From Chiloscyllium plagiosum (taxonomy: Eukaryota), in NCBI RefSeq assembly GCF_004010195.1, contig NC_057719.1, positions 37,055,417-37,114,419 on the forward strand: a stretch of 59,003 nt of DNA, given 5' to 3'. The notes beneath the pieces were generated by a model, which did not search any database, was not told the DNA's origin, and saw only the letters and a list, made by a program, of their open reading frames with translations. Below are positions 1 through 11,787 of this stretch, one piece after another. Numbering within the stretch: the stretch's first letter is position 1; every line of letters begins with the position of its first letter. A program made the translations under genes and the position numbers.

Positions 1-115
1 TCCTGTTGTTTATTTTTATATTTCTTGCCAATTTACTTACATAATATTTTTTTCCCTCTTTGTTTGATTTTTAGTCAACTCTGCTGCTTCCCAAAAAACT
101 CCCAATCTTCTGGCG
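1..115 (-). mobile_element. Old CR1 LINE ORF2 fragment, probably continuous with 3500-5900
   Basis: Minus strand reads like the lysine-rich CR1 region between endonuclease and RT (KLARNIK-like). It appears to resume at ~3500 after younger insertions. Confidence 0.5.
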
Positions 116-122
116 TTCAGAT

Positions 123-2735
123 ATACAGTCATAGAGTTATAAAGTTGTACAGCACGGAAACAGACCCTTTGGTTCAAATCGTCCATGTCGACCAGATATC
201 CTAAATTAATCTAGTCCCATTTTGCCAGTATTTGGCTCATATCCCTCTAAATCCTTCCTATTCAATATCCATCCCGATGGCTTTGAAATGCTGTAATTGT
301 ACCAGCCTCCACCACTTCTTCTGGCAGCTCATGCCATAAGACCATAGACATATGAGCAGAAGTTGAGCCATTCAGCCCATCGAGTCTGCTTCACCATTCA
401 ATCATAGCAGATAAGTTTCTCAACCCATTCTCCAGCTCTCTCCCTGTAACCCTTGATCCCTTGAACCTATCTATCTCAGTCTTAAATACACACAGTGACC
501 TGGCCTCCACAGCCTTTTGTGGCAATGAATTCCATAGATTCACCACTCTCTGGCTGAAGAGGTTTCTCTTTATCTCCGTTCTAAAAGGTCTGTGTCCTAG
601 TCTCTCCTACCAATGGAAATATTTTCCCAATATCCATTCTGTCCAGGCCATTCAGTATTCTGTAAGTTTCAATTAGATTCACCCCTCATTCTTCTAAATT
701 CTATTGAGTATAGACCCAGAGTCCTCAGACATTCCTCATGTGTTAAGCTTTTCATTCTTGGGAACATTTTCGTGAACCTCCTCTGAATACACTTCAGGGC
801 CAGTACATCCTTCCTGACATATGGGGCCCAAAACTGCGCACAATAATATAAACATGGTCTGACCACAGCCTTATAGAGCCTCAGAAGTACAACCCTGCTT
901 TTATGCTCAAGTCCGCTCAAAATAAATACCATCATTGCATTTGCCTTCCTAACTACTGACTCAACCTGCAAGTTTACCTTGACAGAATCCTGGACTAGAA
1001 CTCCCAAGTCTCTTTGCATTTCTAAATTTTCTCCCCATTTAGAAAATAGTCCATGCCTCTATTCTTCCTAGCAAAGTGCATGACCTCACACTTTCCCACT
1101 TGCCTCCTCTTTACCCACTCTCCAAACCTGTCTAAATCCTTCTGCAGCCTCCCCACCTCCTCAATGCTATCTGTCCCTCTGCCTATCTTTATATCATCTG
1201 CAAACTTAGCCAGAATTCCCTCGGTTCCTTCATCGAGATTGTTAATATATATGAGGTGAAAAGTTCTGGTCCCAACATTGAGCCTTGCTTGTCACTGGCT
1301 GCCAACTGAGAAAGTCCCTTTTATCCCCACCCTTAGATCCCTTTTAAATCTATCCTCTCTCACTTTAAACCTATGCTGTCTAGTTTTGGACACCCCCACC
1401 CCAGGGAAAAGACCTTGGCTATTCACTCTATCTATGCCCCTCATGATTTTTTAAACCTCTATAAGGTCATCCCTCAGGCTCCGGCACACCAGAGAAAATA
1501 GCCCCAGTGTATCCAGCCTCTTCCCAGCACAAACTCTCCAACCCTGGCAACATCCTTGTAAATCTTTTCTGAACCCTTTCAAGCTTCATAACATCCTTTC
1601 TATAGCTGGGCAACCAGAATTGCACTCAGTATTCCAAAAGTGGCCTAACTAATATCCTGTACAGCCGCACAAAACATCCCAACTGGTATACTCAATGCAC
1701 TAACTAATAAAGTAAAGCATACATAAGCCATCTTCAGTGTCTTATCTACCTGCAACTTCACTTTCCAGGTACTGTGAACTTGCACTCCAAGGTCTCTTTG
1801 TTCAGCAACACTCCCCAGGACCTTACCATTAAGTGTTTACGTCCTGTCTTGATTTGCTTTTCCAAAATGCGGCACCTCACATTTATCTAAATTAAACTCC
1901 ATCTGCCTATTGGTCCATCTGATCCACATCCCGTTGTAATCCAAGGTAACCTTCTTTATTGTCCACTACATCTCCAATTTTGGTATCATCTGCAAACTTA
2001 TTAACCATATCTCCTACGTTCACATTCAAATCATTTAATTAAAGGTAAAAAACATTGGACCCAGCACTGATCCTGGAGGCACACCGCTGGTCACAGGTCT
2101 CCAGTCTTAGACTAAACCCTCCATCAACACCCTCTGTCTTCTACCTTTGATCCAGTTCTGTATGCAAATGGATAGTTCTGCCTGTATTCCATGTGATCGA
2201 ACCTTGCTACAACGAGGAAACTTGTTGAATGACTTATTGAAGTCCATACACGTCACGTCCACTACTCTGCCCTTGTCAATCCTCTTTGTTTCTTCTTCAA
2301 AAAACTCAATCGATTTCCCTTGCACAAAGCCATGTTTATTTTCCCTAATCAGTCCTTCCTTTCCAAATACGCATAAAATCCTGTCCTCCAGATTTACCTC
2401 CAACAACTTGCCCACCACTGATGTCAGGCTCACCAGTGTATAGTTTCCTGGCTTTTTCTTACCACCTTTCTTAAATACTGACACCTCACCTGTGATTGCT
2501 GACGACACAAATATCTCAGCAAGGGATCCAGCAATCACTTCTTCAAAGAATTCTAGGGTACACCTGACCAGGTCCAAGGGATTTATCAAACTTTATGCAT
2601 TTTATGACATTCAGCACCTCCTTCTCTGTAATATGAACATTTTTCAAGATGTCACTATTTATTTCCCCACGTTCTCTACCTTCCATATCCTTCTCCGCCG
2701 TAAACACTGATGCAAAATACTTGTTTTGTATCTCC
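123..2735 (-). mobile_element. HER1-like CR1 LINE, 5'-truncated and decayed, interrupted by a second CR1 at ~336-1330
   Basis: 3' tail (gtcatagag...cagcacggaaacagaccc) at ~123-170. RT-region peptides PGNYTLVSLTSVVGKLLE, HGFVQGKS and VDVTCMDFNKSFNK in ORF 2107-2589. Confidence 0.9.
336..1330 (-). mobile_element. CR1 LINE 3' fragment (second subfamily) nested in the HER1-like copy
   Basis: Has its own tail (ccataagaccatag). ORF 669-1019 gives QRDLGVLV...LYKAVVRPCLYYCAQFWAPY, the CR1 ORF2 C-terminal signature. Confidence 0.88.
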
Positions 2736-2737
2736 GA

Positions 2738-3500
2738 GTTAACATTCATTTATAAGTGGCTAGAATTCAATAGAATAGATGTACTGCTGTGTAAGGCTCT
2801 GGTCAGATCACAATTGAGGAGAAAGTGAGGTCTGCAGATGCTGGAGATCAGAGCTGGAAATGTGTTGCTGGAAAAGCGCAGCAGGTCAGGCAGCATCCAG
2901 GGAACAGGAGAATCGATGTTTCGGGCATAGGTTTCCTGAAGAAGGGTTCAGACCACAATTGGAACATTGTGAGCAGTTTTGGACCCCGTATCTAAGAAAG
3001 GGTGTTCTGATGTTGGACGGGGTTCAGAGAAGGCTTATGAGAATGATCCTGGTGACAAAGAACTTGTCAGATGAGGAGCAGTCGAGGACTCTGTATGTAC
3101 TCAATGGAGCTTAGATCGATGAGTGGGGCACCTGATTCAAACTTACAGAATACTGAGAGGCTTGGAGAGAGTGGATCCTTGTCTCACCTCCTTCACTAGT
3201 AGGCGAGACTAGGATCTGAGGGGACAGCCTGAGAGTGAAGGGATGACCTTTTAGAACTGAGATGAGGAGGAATTTCTTCAACTAAAGGGTAATCTATGGA
3301 GCTGTATTGTTGCAGAAGGCTGTGCAGGCCAAGTCATTGAGTTCATTTAAGACAGAGATAGATATAATCTTGATTGGTAATGACATTAATGGTTATGGGA
3401 GAAATCAGCAGAATGGGTTTAAGAAATATCAGCCATGATCATATGGCAGAGCAGACTGCATCGGTAGAATGGCCTAACTTTGCTCCTATGTCCTATGGTC
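2738..3500 (+). mobile_element. CR1 LINE 3' fragment interrupted by a Penelope mini-insertion
   Basis: RPQLEHCEQFWTPYLRK motif; ends in a cctatgtcctatggtct tail. Confidence 0.85.
2817..2947 (-). mobile_element. Penelope-derived ~130-nt terminal-repeat insertion with an internally inverted hammerhead half
   Basis: Homologous to the Penelope terminus at 22940-23030 and 23400-23531. Flanked by tcagatcacaattg (2803-2816) and tcagaccacaattg (2948-2961), a 14-bp TSD with 1 mismatch. Confidence 0.88.
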
Positions 3501-3765
3501 TTTGGTTAGCCTTCACCACTTTGTACACTCTCGTTTTTGACTGGATTCTCTCCTTGAGCACCATTGTTATTATGAGTTCATCCTTTTCATTAAGTTCTTC
3601 TTTTGGGCTGTAATGAATTTTTGTATTATGAAATATTTACTTCAATGCCTGCCACTGCTCATTCACTGACTTTCTGCTTTGTCTATTCTCCCAATCTAGT
3701 TTAGACCATTCTTTCATCATACCTGAGTAATTATTCTTTTTAAAATTGAGGACATTGGTTTGCGA

Positions 3766-3892
3766 GGAGAAAGTGAGGTCTGCAGACACTGGAGATCAAA
3801 GCTGAAACTTTATTGCTGGAACAGCACAGCAGGTCAGGCAGCATCTAGGGAACAGAAGATTCGACGTTTCGGGCACATGCCCTTCTTCAGGA
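3766..3892 (-). mobile_element. Penelope-derived 127-nt hammerhead-headed mini-element
   Basis: Perfect 17-bp direct repeats aggacattggtttgcga at 3749-3765 and 3893-3909; the body is the Penelope terminal repeat. Confidence 0.92.
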
Positions 3893-3893
3893 A
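3860..3893 (-). ncRNA. Minimal type I hammerhead ribozyme motif, core intact
   Basis: Minus strand: ttc-CTGAAGA-A-GGGC-atgt-GCCC-GAAA-CG-TC-gaa. This gives CUGANGA, 4-bp stem II, GAAA, palindromic ACGU in place of stem III, a GUC cleavage triplet and a short stem I (ttc/gaa). Confidence 0.8.
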
Positions 3894-4565
3894 GGACATT
3901 GGTTTGCGACCCAAGTTTCACTCCCTCATACTGAATTTGAAATTCTACCATGTTGTAATCACTACCACTTAATGGATCCTTAACTAAATTATTCATCCTA
4001 CCTCATTACATATTTCAGGATCTAAAATAGCCCGTTCCTGGGTAGCTTGTACAATATACTGCTCTAAGAGCCAATTGTGATGATCTCTACAAATTTATGT
4101 TCTGTACTACTCTTGCCTATTGGATTTGTCCAATCAATGTGCAGATTAACATCACCTATGACAATTGTCATGCTCTAAGTACATGCCTTTGTTATTACAT
4201 AACTTATATTTATTCTACAGTGAGGCAATAAATAAGGGACATATACACAATCTCCACCCTTCTTTTCCTTGATATTCCTTATTTCCACACAAATTGATTT
4301 CACATCACAACCTATTGTATCCATATCACTATTTGTTCCTTTATTAACAAAGCTACCACAGCCCCTCTACATTTTTGCCTATTTTCCTGGAAAGTCAAAT
4401 ACTCTTGAACATTGAGTTCCTAGTGCTGATCACCCTGCAACCATGTCTCTGTCATACATATTAAGTCATATTCCTTGATTTCTATTTCAGACATCAACTT
4501 ATCTCTTTCATTATGAATACTGCAAGTTTTCAGATAAAGAGCTTTGATTTTTTTTAACTACTATT

Positions 4566-4858
4566 GGGGCGGCACAGCGGCGCAGTGGTTAGTACTACTG
4601 CCTCACAGTTCCAGGTTCAATTCCAGCCTTGGGCGATTGTCTGTGTGGAGTTTGCACAGTCTCCTTGTGCCTGCGTGGGTTTCCTCCGGGTGCTCCAGTT
4701 TCCTCCCACAGTCCAAAGATGTGGAGGTCAGGTGAATTGGCTGTGCTAAATTGCCTATTGTGTTAAGAAATGGGTCTGAGCGGATTACATTTTGGAGTGT
4801 CGGTGTGGACTGGTTGGGCCGATGGGCCTGTTTCCGCACTGTAGGGCATCTAATCTAT
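4566..4858 (+). mobile_element. HE1-like V-SINE (tRNA-derived)
   Basis: tRNA-like head with A/B boxes, V-domain tgtgtggagtttgcac...cctcccacagtccaaagatgtg, LINE-like tail gggcctgtttccgcactgtag...tctaatct. Confidence 0.92.
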
Positions 4859-5454
4859 TAATTATTCTGGTTCTAATTTTGACTGCACTCTTCTGCTTTT
4901 ACGATCTGCCCCTTCCTGTCTCTCTTTGATAGTAATCTGCTTCCTCATGAACCTACATCTTTGCTGTCCCTTTTTTTTTATTTTTTCAACTTCCCTTGAA
5001 TTGGACCTTTCGTAACAACTGCTCCCATCGAAATGAATTAGTTTACAGCCCTATCTACAATCCTACATTTTCAACTCATCAAGATACTGGTCCCAGCATC
5101 ATTCAAATAAACCCCGTTCCAACAGAACTGGGATTTCTTTTCCCAGTACTGGTGCCAGTGACCCATGAATCAGAACCCACTTGTACTGCACCAATCTTTA
5201 GCCATGCATTTATCCCTCTAACATTATTTACCTTGCATCAATTTTCATGTGGCTCATAGTAATCTGGAAATTATTACCTTTGTAATAATTTTTAATTGAG
5301 TCCCAACATGCTCATAATCCCTCAGCAATACCTCCTTCCTAGTACTATTTATGTCATTGGTATGTATGTGGATCATAGTAACTAGATCCTTCCCCTCTCT
5401 CTCCAAGTTCCCCTCCAACCTGAAGAAATGTCCTTAACCTTGGCAATAGGTAAA

Positions 5455-5733
5455 CAATAGACATAGGTGCAGGAGTAGACCATTCTGCCCTTCGAGCCTG
5501 CACCACCATTCATTATGATCATGGCTGACCATCCTCAATCAGTAATCCTGTTCCTACCTTATCTCCATAGCCTTTGATTCCACTATCCTTGAAAGTTCTA
5601 TCCAACTCTTTCTTAAATGAATCCAGAGACTGGGCCTCCACTGCCCTCTGGGGCAGAGCATTCCACACACCCACCACTCTTTGGGTGAAGAAGTTTCTCC
5701 TCATCTCTGTCCTAAATGGACTACCCCTTATTT
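5455..5733 (-). mobile_element. CR1 LINE 3' end
   Basis: MRRNFFTQRVVGVWNALPQRAVEAQSLDSFKKELD, the CR1 ORF2 C-terminus, followed by 3' UTR. Confidence 0.9.
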
Positions 5734-8700
5734 TAGCCTTCAGGACTTTCTGTCTTTGCTGCAGAGAACTATATCTTTTACTCTAGCTATGCTATTCCCC
5801 ATTATAACTCCACTTCTCTTTTCACCCCATGTTCTGTACCACAGTGCTTTGTTCAGGTCACACATCCTCTCAACAATCTGTGCGCTCATCCACATCAAAA
5901 GAATCAAAATTCTTAACTGTTGTTGGTGTTGTACTCATCCAAAGTGGAGAGTATTCCATCTTAGCCCTGACTTGTGACTTGTAGATGGGAGGCAGATTTT
6001 ATGGAGTCATGGGTATGAGGGGATATAAAAGATGGGTCCAGGGCATTAGGTTACATGGGTTGGCATATGTAGAGCATGGCGAATGTGTGCGGAACATAGA
6101 AACATATGAACAGGAAGAGGAGTAGGCCATGCAGCACCTCGAGCCTGTTTCACCTATGAGCCTGTGAGTGTTTGAGAGGCTAAGGGTTGGACGGATGTTT
6201 CATAATTCCCACACCTTTGAAGAGGTCAAGTCCTGCATTGGATCTGGTCCCTGAATGCCTTTGGTTGAGGTATTGCAGCATATGGAAGAGATAAGACAAT
6301 GTTGGTGAAGGAACGGCTCCTTCAGGATTCTGAAAACGCGTGTGTGTGTTTGTAGAAGAATGTAAACCTATTGAGATTGGCAAAATCATGAAAGAACTGT
6401 CAAAGAAAATGTGTGGAATTAAAAAATAGTATTTCAGAATGACTGTTCACATCAAACTATCATGGGGTCTGTGCTACATTATTAAACTTCCAAACTATAA
6501 TTTTCACATGAGGAGCCTATCAAGTAATTAATTTGATGGACAGCTCAAAATTATTTATTGAAAGGAAATATTTGTTGACATAATGAATTGAGCACTTCAA
6601 GTTTAAACAGTTAAGTGAGATGTTTGTCTTTATTAGGGACCGGTTTAAGGAATTTCAATGTATTTTGTCATCAATGAGACTGCTTTTTGTCCAGTAGTGA
6701 CATTATCAATAGACATAGTCAGCATGTCTCCTGAAGTTTTCTCATGAGTTACTGAAGGAAGTGACTAGGGGGTTATGAACAGCAGTTATTCAGGGCCTTG
6801 GGAATGACTTGAGTTATTGAGTAGCACAAGGTGTAGGAGGGTCTAAGGAGATAGGGAGATGGGCACAGCACAACAAAAGACTATGATATTGCAAATGTGG
6901 TACAGGGTAGCTGGAAAGCAGCCTTGAGGATAGGAAAAGGGCATATGGTGGCATGGACGGGCATTGGGGATATGTGAGGGTGACCAGATGATTTATGTTT
7001 TAATTGTTAAAAACGTTGGCTCCAACATTGGAGAACCCGAGCAGTCTTTCTGCTCAGCCCACCTTGGGAACTGGTAGCATCTTTGTTTTCTTATGGGTCA
7101 CCTAGGTCAACTCCCAAACCAGCCTATCCACTCACCCTCTGACCAAAAATTCGTAACACGGGCAGCCATTTTTAAATGTTGGATTCCCAGAACTGGGATT
7201 CCTCCTGCTGATGCGGGAATGAAATTAAGACCTCTGTCATTATCCTGACATGGGAGTGCTCAATGTTAAGTTTAAATGCCAGTGCAAAAATATGCTAACA
7301 CTGTTAACCTTCATATTGATAAGCAAAAGAATTAATGGAAATACAAAGAATAGAAAGGATCAAAAGGTCAAATTGTCAAATCTTTGTAAAATCTTGCCAA
7401 GAAAAACTTGAACCCATATGTAATAGAAGAGAAAAATGTGAATCAAACAATAACAACACAAAAATGAAAATGCTTACAAACAGTGCACTAAAATATCTTT
7501 CATAAAAAGTGCATGTCCATTGTTTGACCATCAGATGGCAGTGATCGACTGCTCTTATAACAATAATGTACAGTTGAAAACAACAGCAGGGATTCAATTA
7601 CACCAAAGGCAGATCTTCCACCCTCAGCGAGGCATAAAACAAATCATATCAGATTGACCACCTGATATATACACCATCCTAAAGTTTAAAGTAGCCAGAG
7701 TATAACTCTTTAGTTCTGCTAATGACTAAAACATATGGAATAGCACATTAATTATATATGCATCACTTACTGACTGGAAAGGAACAAGCCATTAAAAAAA
7801 AAATCATTTGCTCCATCTACCCTAAATATCCCTAATAACCCTGGGTAATGTTTCACTAATCCTGGTTTGTAGTAGGAGTGATTAGACTCATGTTGCAATT
7901 CTGTTGTCATGCATTGGTTTACATAAAACAATAGATATATTTTGAAAGTAAAATAATTTTGATGCACAGCTGAATGATGATCATCTGGTATTATTAAGGG
8001 AACTGTAATATTTGTATGAATTTGTAAACATTGTAGTTTCCAACTGTGGCAATGGTGTGCCTCCGGTCATATGATATGATGAATTGCCAGTCTTGTTTGC
8101 GGTAACACAATGACGAGACTATTGAATTTATCAATGAAAGCAGATTTCACATTCATTTTCATTTCTAATCATGCTGTACTGTTCTTTAAAGATACTGTCT
8201 TGTATTTTGATAGCTTTTGCCATCTAGCTGACACTAGCGTTAGCAATATTGCACACAGTTTTATCCAGCTCCAAAAAAGAAAACAAACTGATTATTTTGG
8301 ATTGTGATCCAGATTGTTCCTAACTCAGTCTAGGGGTAGACTTATTAAAAAGTAAGTGATCTTTTCACAAGCACCAAAAGCTGAAAATCCTAATTTGAAA
8401 TTAGCTTGTTTATCAGGTTTCAATTGCTGGGACTGCAGACGTCAGAGAAATGAACATTACTGATAATTTTATTGAGTTTTTTCTATGACAAAGGGAATAT
8501 ATTGTGTTTCTGGAGACAGTTCTTTCCAATTTAGCAGGTTACAATATGCAAAGTCAGATCTAGGTTAAATGTAAAGAAGTTGGTCTTTCCACAGAGAATT
8601 ATGGCCCAGTAGTGCTGGCTGTTGGATCATGTGGTGAAAGCTAACATGCAGAAGCCAGAGCTGAATTGCTTTCTGGTGATGAAAAGACGTCTTCATATAA

Positions 8701-9874
8701 AGGAACTATATGTAAGCACCAGAATCACAGTGCTCTCTGCATTGCATTTATTTGTCAAAGATGTTACAAGAGAATGTTTCATATTTCTCTTCCCTAATTT
8801 TGTTTTTTGCTTTGACAAGGAAGTTTGTGTGTGTGTGTGTGTTGTGACACTCTAGAAATTGCTGATGTGTCAGTTGGGCTGGACAGACGAGTGGATATGT
8901 TTTGTAGGTACAGTTGAAGTGAGTCACAAACCAAACCTCTAATTTTGACATGCAGTGTTTGTAAAATTTCTCAGCATACACAAGGGCCAATACCTTGTGG
9001 CCTCATGATGGAGGCAGAGTTAGGAAAGAGATGCAATATGTAAGTCCTGCTTCTGTTTCTAACAATTTTCACCAGCAAAGGAAAGGGGCAAGTCTGGAAC
9101 GTAACCTAGGGGAAACAACAGTCTTGTGATATTACCGCTGAACTATTAATCTAGACATCCAGGTAATGTTCTGGGGACCCAGATGCAAATCCTGTTATGG
9201 TAGAATTTGAATTCAATAAAAATTTGGAATGAAGTGTTTAAGGATGACCATGAAACCATTGCCAATTGTTTACTTGGATGGATGTATGAACTTTCAGCTA
9301 TATAATTATAAGATTTGTGAGTTATATTTATAAGATTGTAATGGAGTGCGTAGGTGAATATTAGGAGGTTGTGGGTAAGAACAGGTATGGTGGGGATGGA
9401 GATTGAAGGGGGTGAAGGAGTGGGAATGGTCAATGAGTTTGGGTAAAGGGAGGGTGAAGGAAGTGAGGGTGAGAACTTTCCACTGACCATTAGATTCAAT
9501 TTTATGTGGATAAGCCACTGAACCAAACTAATGTTTTTGGGAATGTTAACTTGACAACATTATCACTGTCACATCTTCAGCCCAATCCACTTAAAACAGG
9601 TCAGAACAACCTAAAACATTGTGGAATTTGAAGTACAAATAATGTTTTTCCTATTTTATGATCTTAGGTCACTAATAGGCACTTTCTAAGGTTTTGTTTT
9701 GTTTATTTTTCTAACTAACCTTTTTTAACATGACAAAGAAAACAATAAAACCAATAAATAGTCTTCTGTGGATTTTTTAAACATTTCATTCTTACCTGCT
9801 GAGCTACCGAATTATTTGTTTATGACAGATTTTGTTTGGCAAGAAGCATTTAGGTTTTAGCTAAAAGAGGAAAT

Positions 9875-11118
9875 CTTATGATCCAGGCTGATGTTACTAG
9901 TGGTCAAGTTAGATCCTGGAATGGAATTTGCCTTGATAGATTCTTATTAAAGCTTAACATGGCAGTCTTTCACTGAAACACCGCACACAAGGCTGCAGGT
10001 TTGGCTTTAACAATATAATAGAAACTTACAATGCAAAAGAAAAAAAAAATGAAATAAAAAAACAAAATGTATCACAAAATGAAAGATTTCAACCCATACA
10101 GCAAACCAAAATCCTAACTATTCTCCAATAAAAGACTTTAAAGTTAATCAAAATCCAAGTCATTTTCCTTCCCTGTCCAATCTGAAGTTTTTTTCTCAAT
10201 TCCTGTCATGTCAGCTGTGAAGTCTTTCCCTTGAATACTCACATAACTGAGAGCTTAGACTGCTTCAGTCCTTTAATAATCTACAGAGTTCTAACCAAGC
10301 ATTTCTGAGCTGGAAGTTTCACAAATTACACACTTTCACCACAGTAACTAATTCCTTAACTGCTCTGAACAACCTCCTTTTCTCAGACTGACAACTGTTG
10401 CCTCCAACCCCAGGGGAAGGTAATGGCATAGTGGCATTATCACTGGACTGTTAATCCAGAGATGCAGATAACGTTCTGGGGTCCCAGGTTCAAATCTCTC
10501 CATGGCAAATGGTAGAATTTGAATTCAACAAAAAATAAATCTGGAATTGGGGTCTAATGATGACCATTGTCGGACAAACCCACCTGGTTCACTACTGCCC
10601 CTTAGGGAAGGAAACTGCTGATCTGGCCTACATGTCACTCCAGACCCACAGCAATGTGGTTGACTTAACTGCCTTCTGGGCAAATTAGGGATGGGCAATA
10701 AATGCTGTCTAGCCAGCGATACCAAAAACCTGTGAATGAATAAAGGGAAAAACATGTCAATTCTCCCTCAAACTGAATTCAAAAGCTTTTGAACAAAATT
10801 AAGATAAAAGTTTGCTCAACACAGATTCTGCTAGAGGTAATGGCTTATTGTTTTCTCTCTCCTATCAGTCTCAACAAACTTCCATTAACTTCCCAGGAGT
10901 CTTTGCAGTCACCTGCTCTCTGCTGGTTTTAAATCACGGTTCTAGACAGATTAACTTAATTAATTTTTATACCTTTTACAAAAATAAACCAACACCCATA
11001 TGCAATATAAATGCAAATTCTAAAAAAATTATACAAGTCATACAGCTCTCATCACAGAAAGATATATACTTCTCAAAACTAAAGCAATTTTGAACATAAT
11101 TTTCACCTTGGATCATGG
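9875..11118. mobile_element. Possible LTR-like or MITE-like element interrupted by a SINE
   Basis: Short inverted termini: atgatcca.. near 9878 and ..tggatcat near 11109-11116. Family not established. Confidence 0.3.
10415..10750 (+). mobile_element. tRNA-derived SINE with LINE-derived 3' tail
   Basis: A-box-like tggcatagtgg, B-box ggttcaaatc, tail gggatgggcaataaatgctg...tgtgaatgaataaa shared with the LINE 3' ends at ~37195 and ~45760. Partial copies at ~9120-9270, ~41790-41965 and ~50730-50870. Confidence 0.75.
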
Positions 11119-11181
11119 TTATGCCCAAAGCAGAAACTTTGGGCCTACACGTTTAATTTGCTTTCTTCAGTAGATCTAATA

Positions 11182-11385
11182 TTAAAGGCAAAGACACCAT
11201 AGTTCCAAGGTCTCATTAGAGATGACTGGTGGTGAATCTGAGAGTCACCATTCCTCAGGTGAGGGGCAAGGTTGCAAAGGAGAGTCCTTCATTGTAACCA
11301 CAGCTAATGTGGGAATTGAACCCACGCTGTTAGTGTCACTCTGCATCGTAAACCATTTGTCCAACCAATTGAGCTAACCAAACCC
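11182..11385 (-). mobile_element. tRNA-derived SINE
   Basis: Minus strand begins gggtttggttagctcaattggttgg (A box) and contains gggttcaattccc (B box). Confidence 0.7.
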
Positions 11386-11394
11386 ATAAATCTA

Positions 11395-11787
<393 letters not shown>

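Larger units (their letters stand above)
3500..5900 (-). mobile_element. Old CR1 LINE 5' half (endonuclease and ORF1 esterase remnants) with nested insertions
   Basis: DPLSGSDYNMVEFQI (ORF 3796-3996) resembles the APE endonuclease SDH motif. The minus strand at ~5345-5390 reads DLVTMIHIHTNDI, a decayed VHIGTND SGNH-esterase block. Confidence 0.7.

Noticed and set aside
8826..8842. (TG)n microsatellite
   Set aside because: Short and ordinary.
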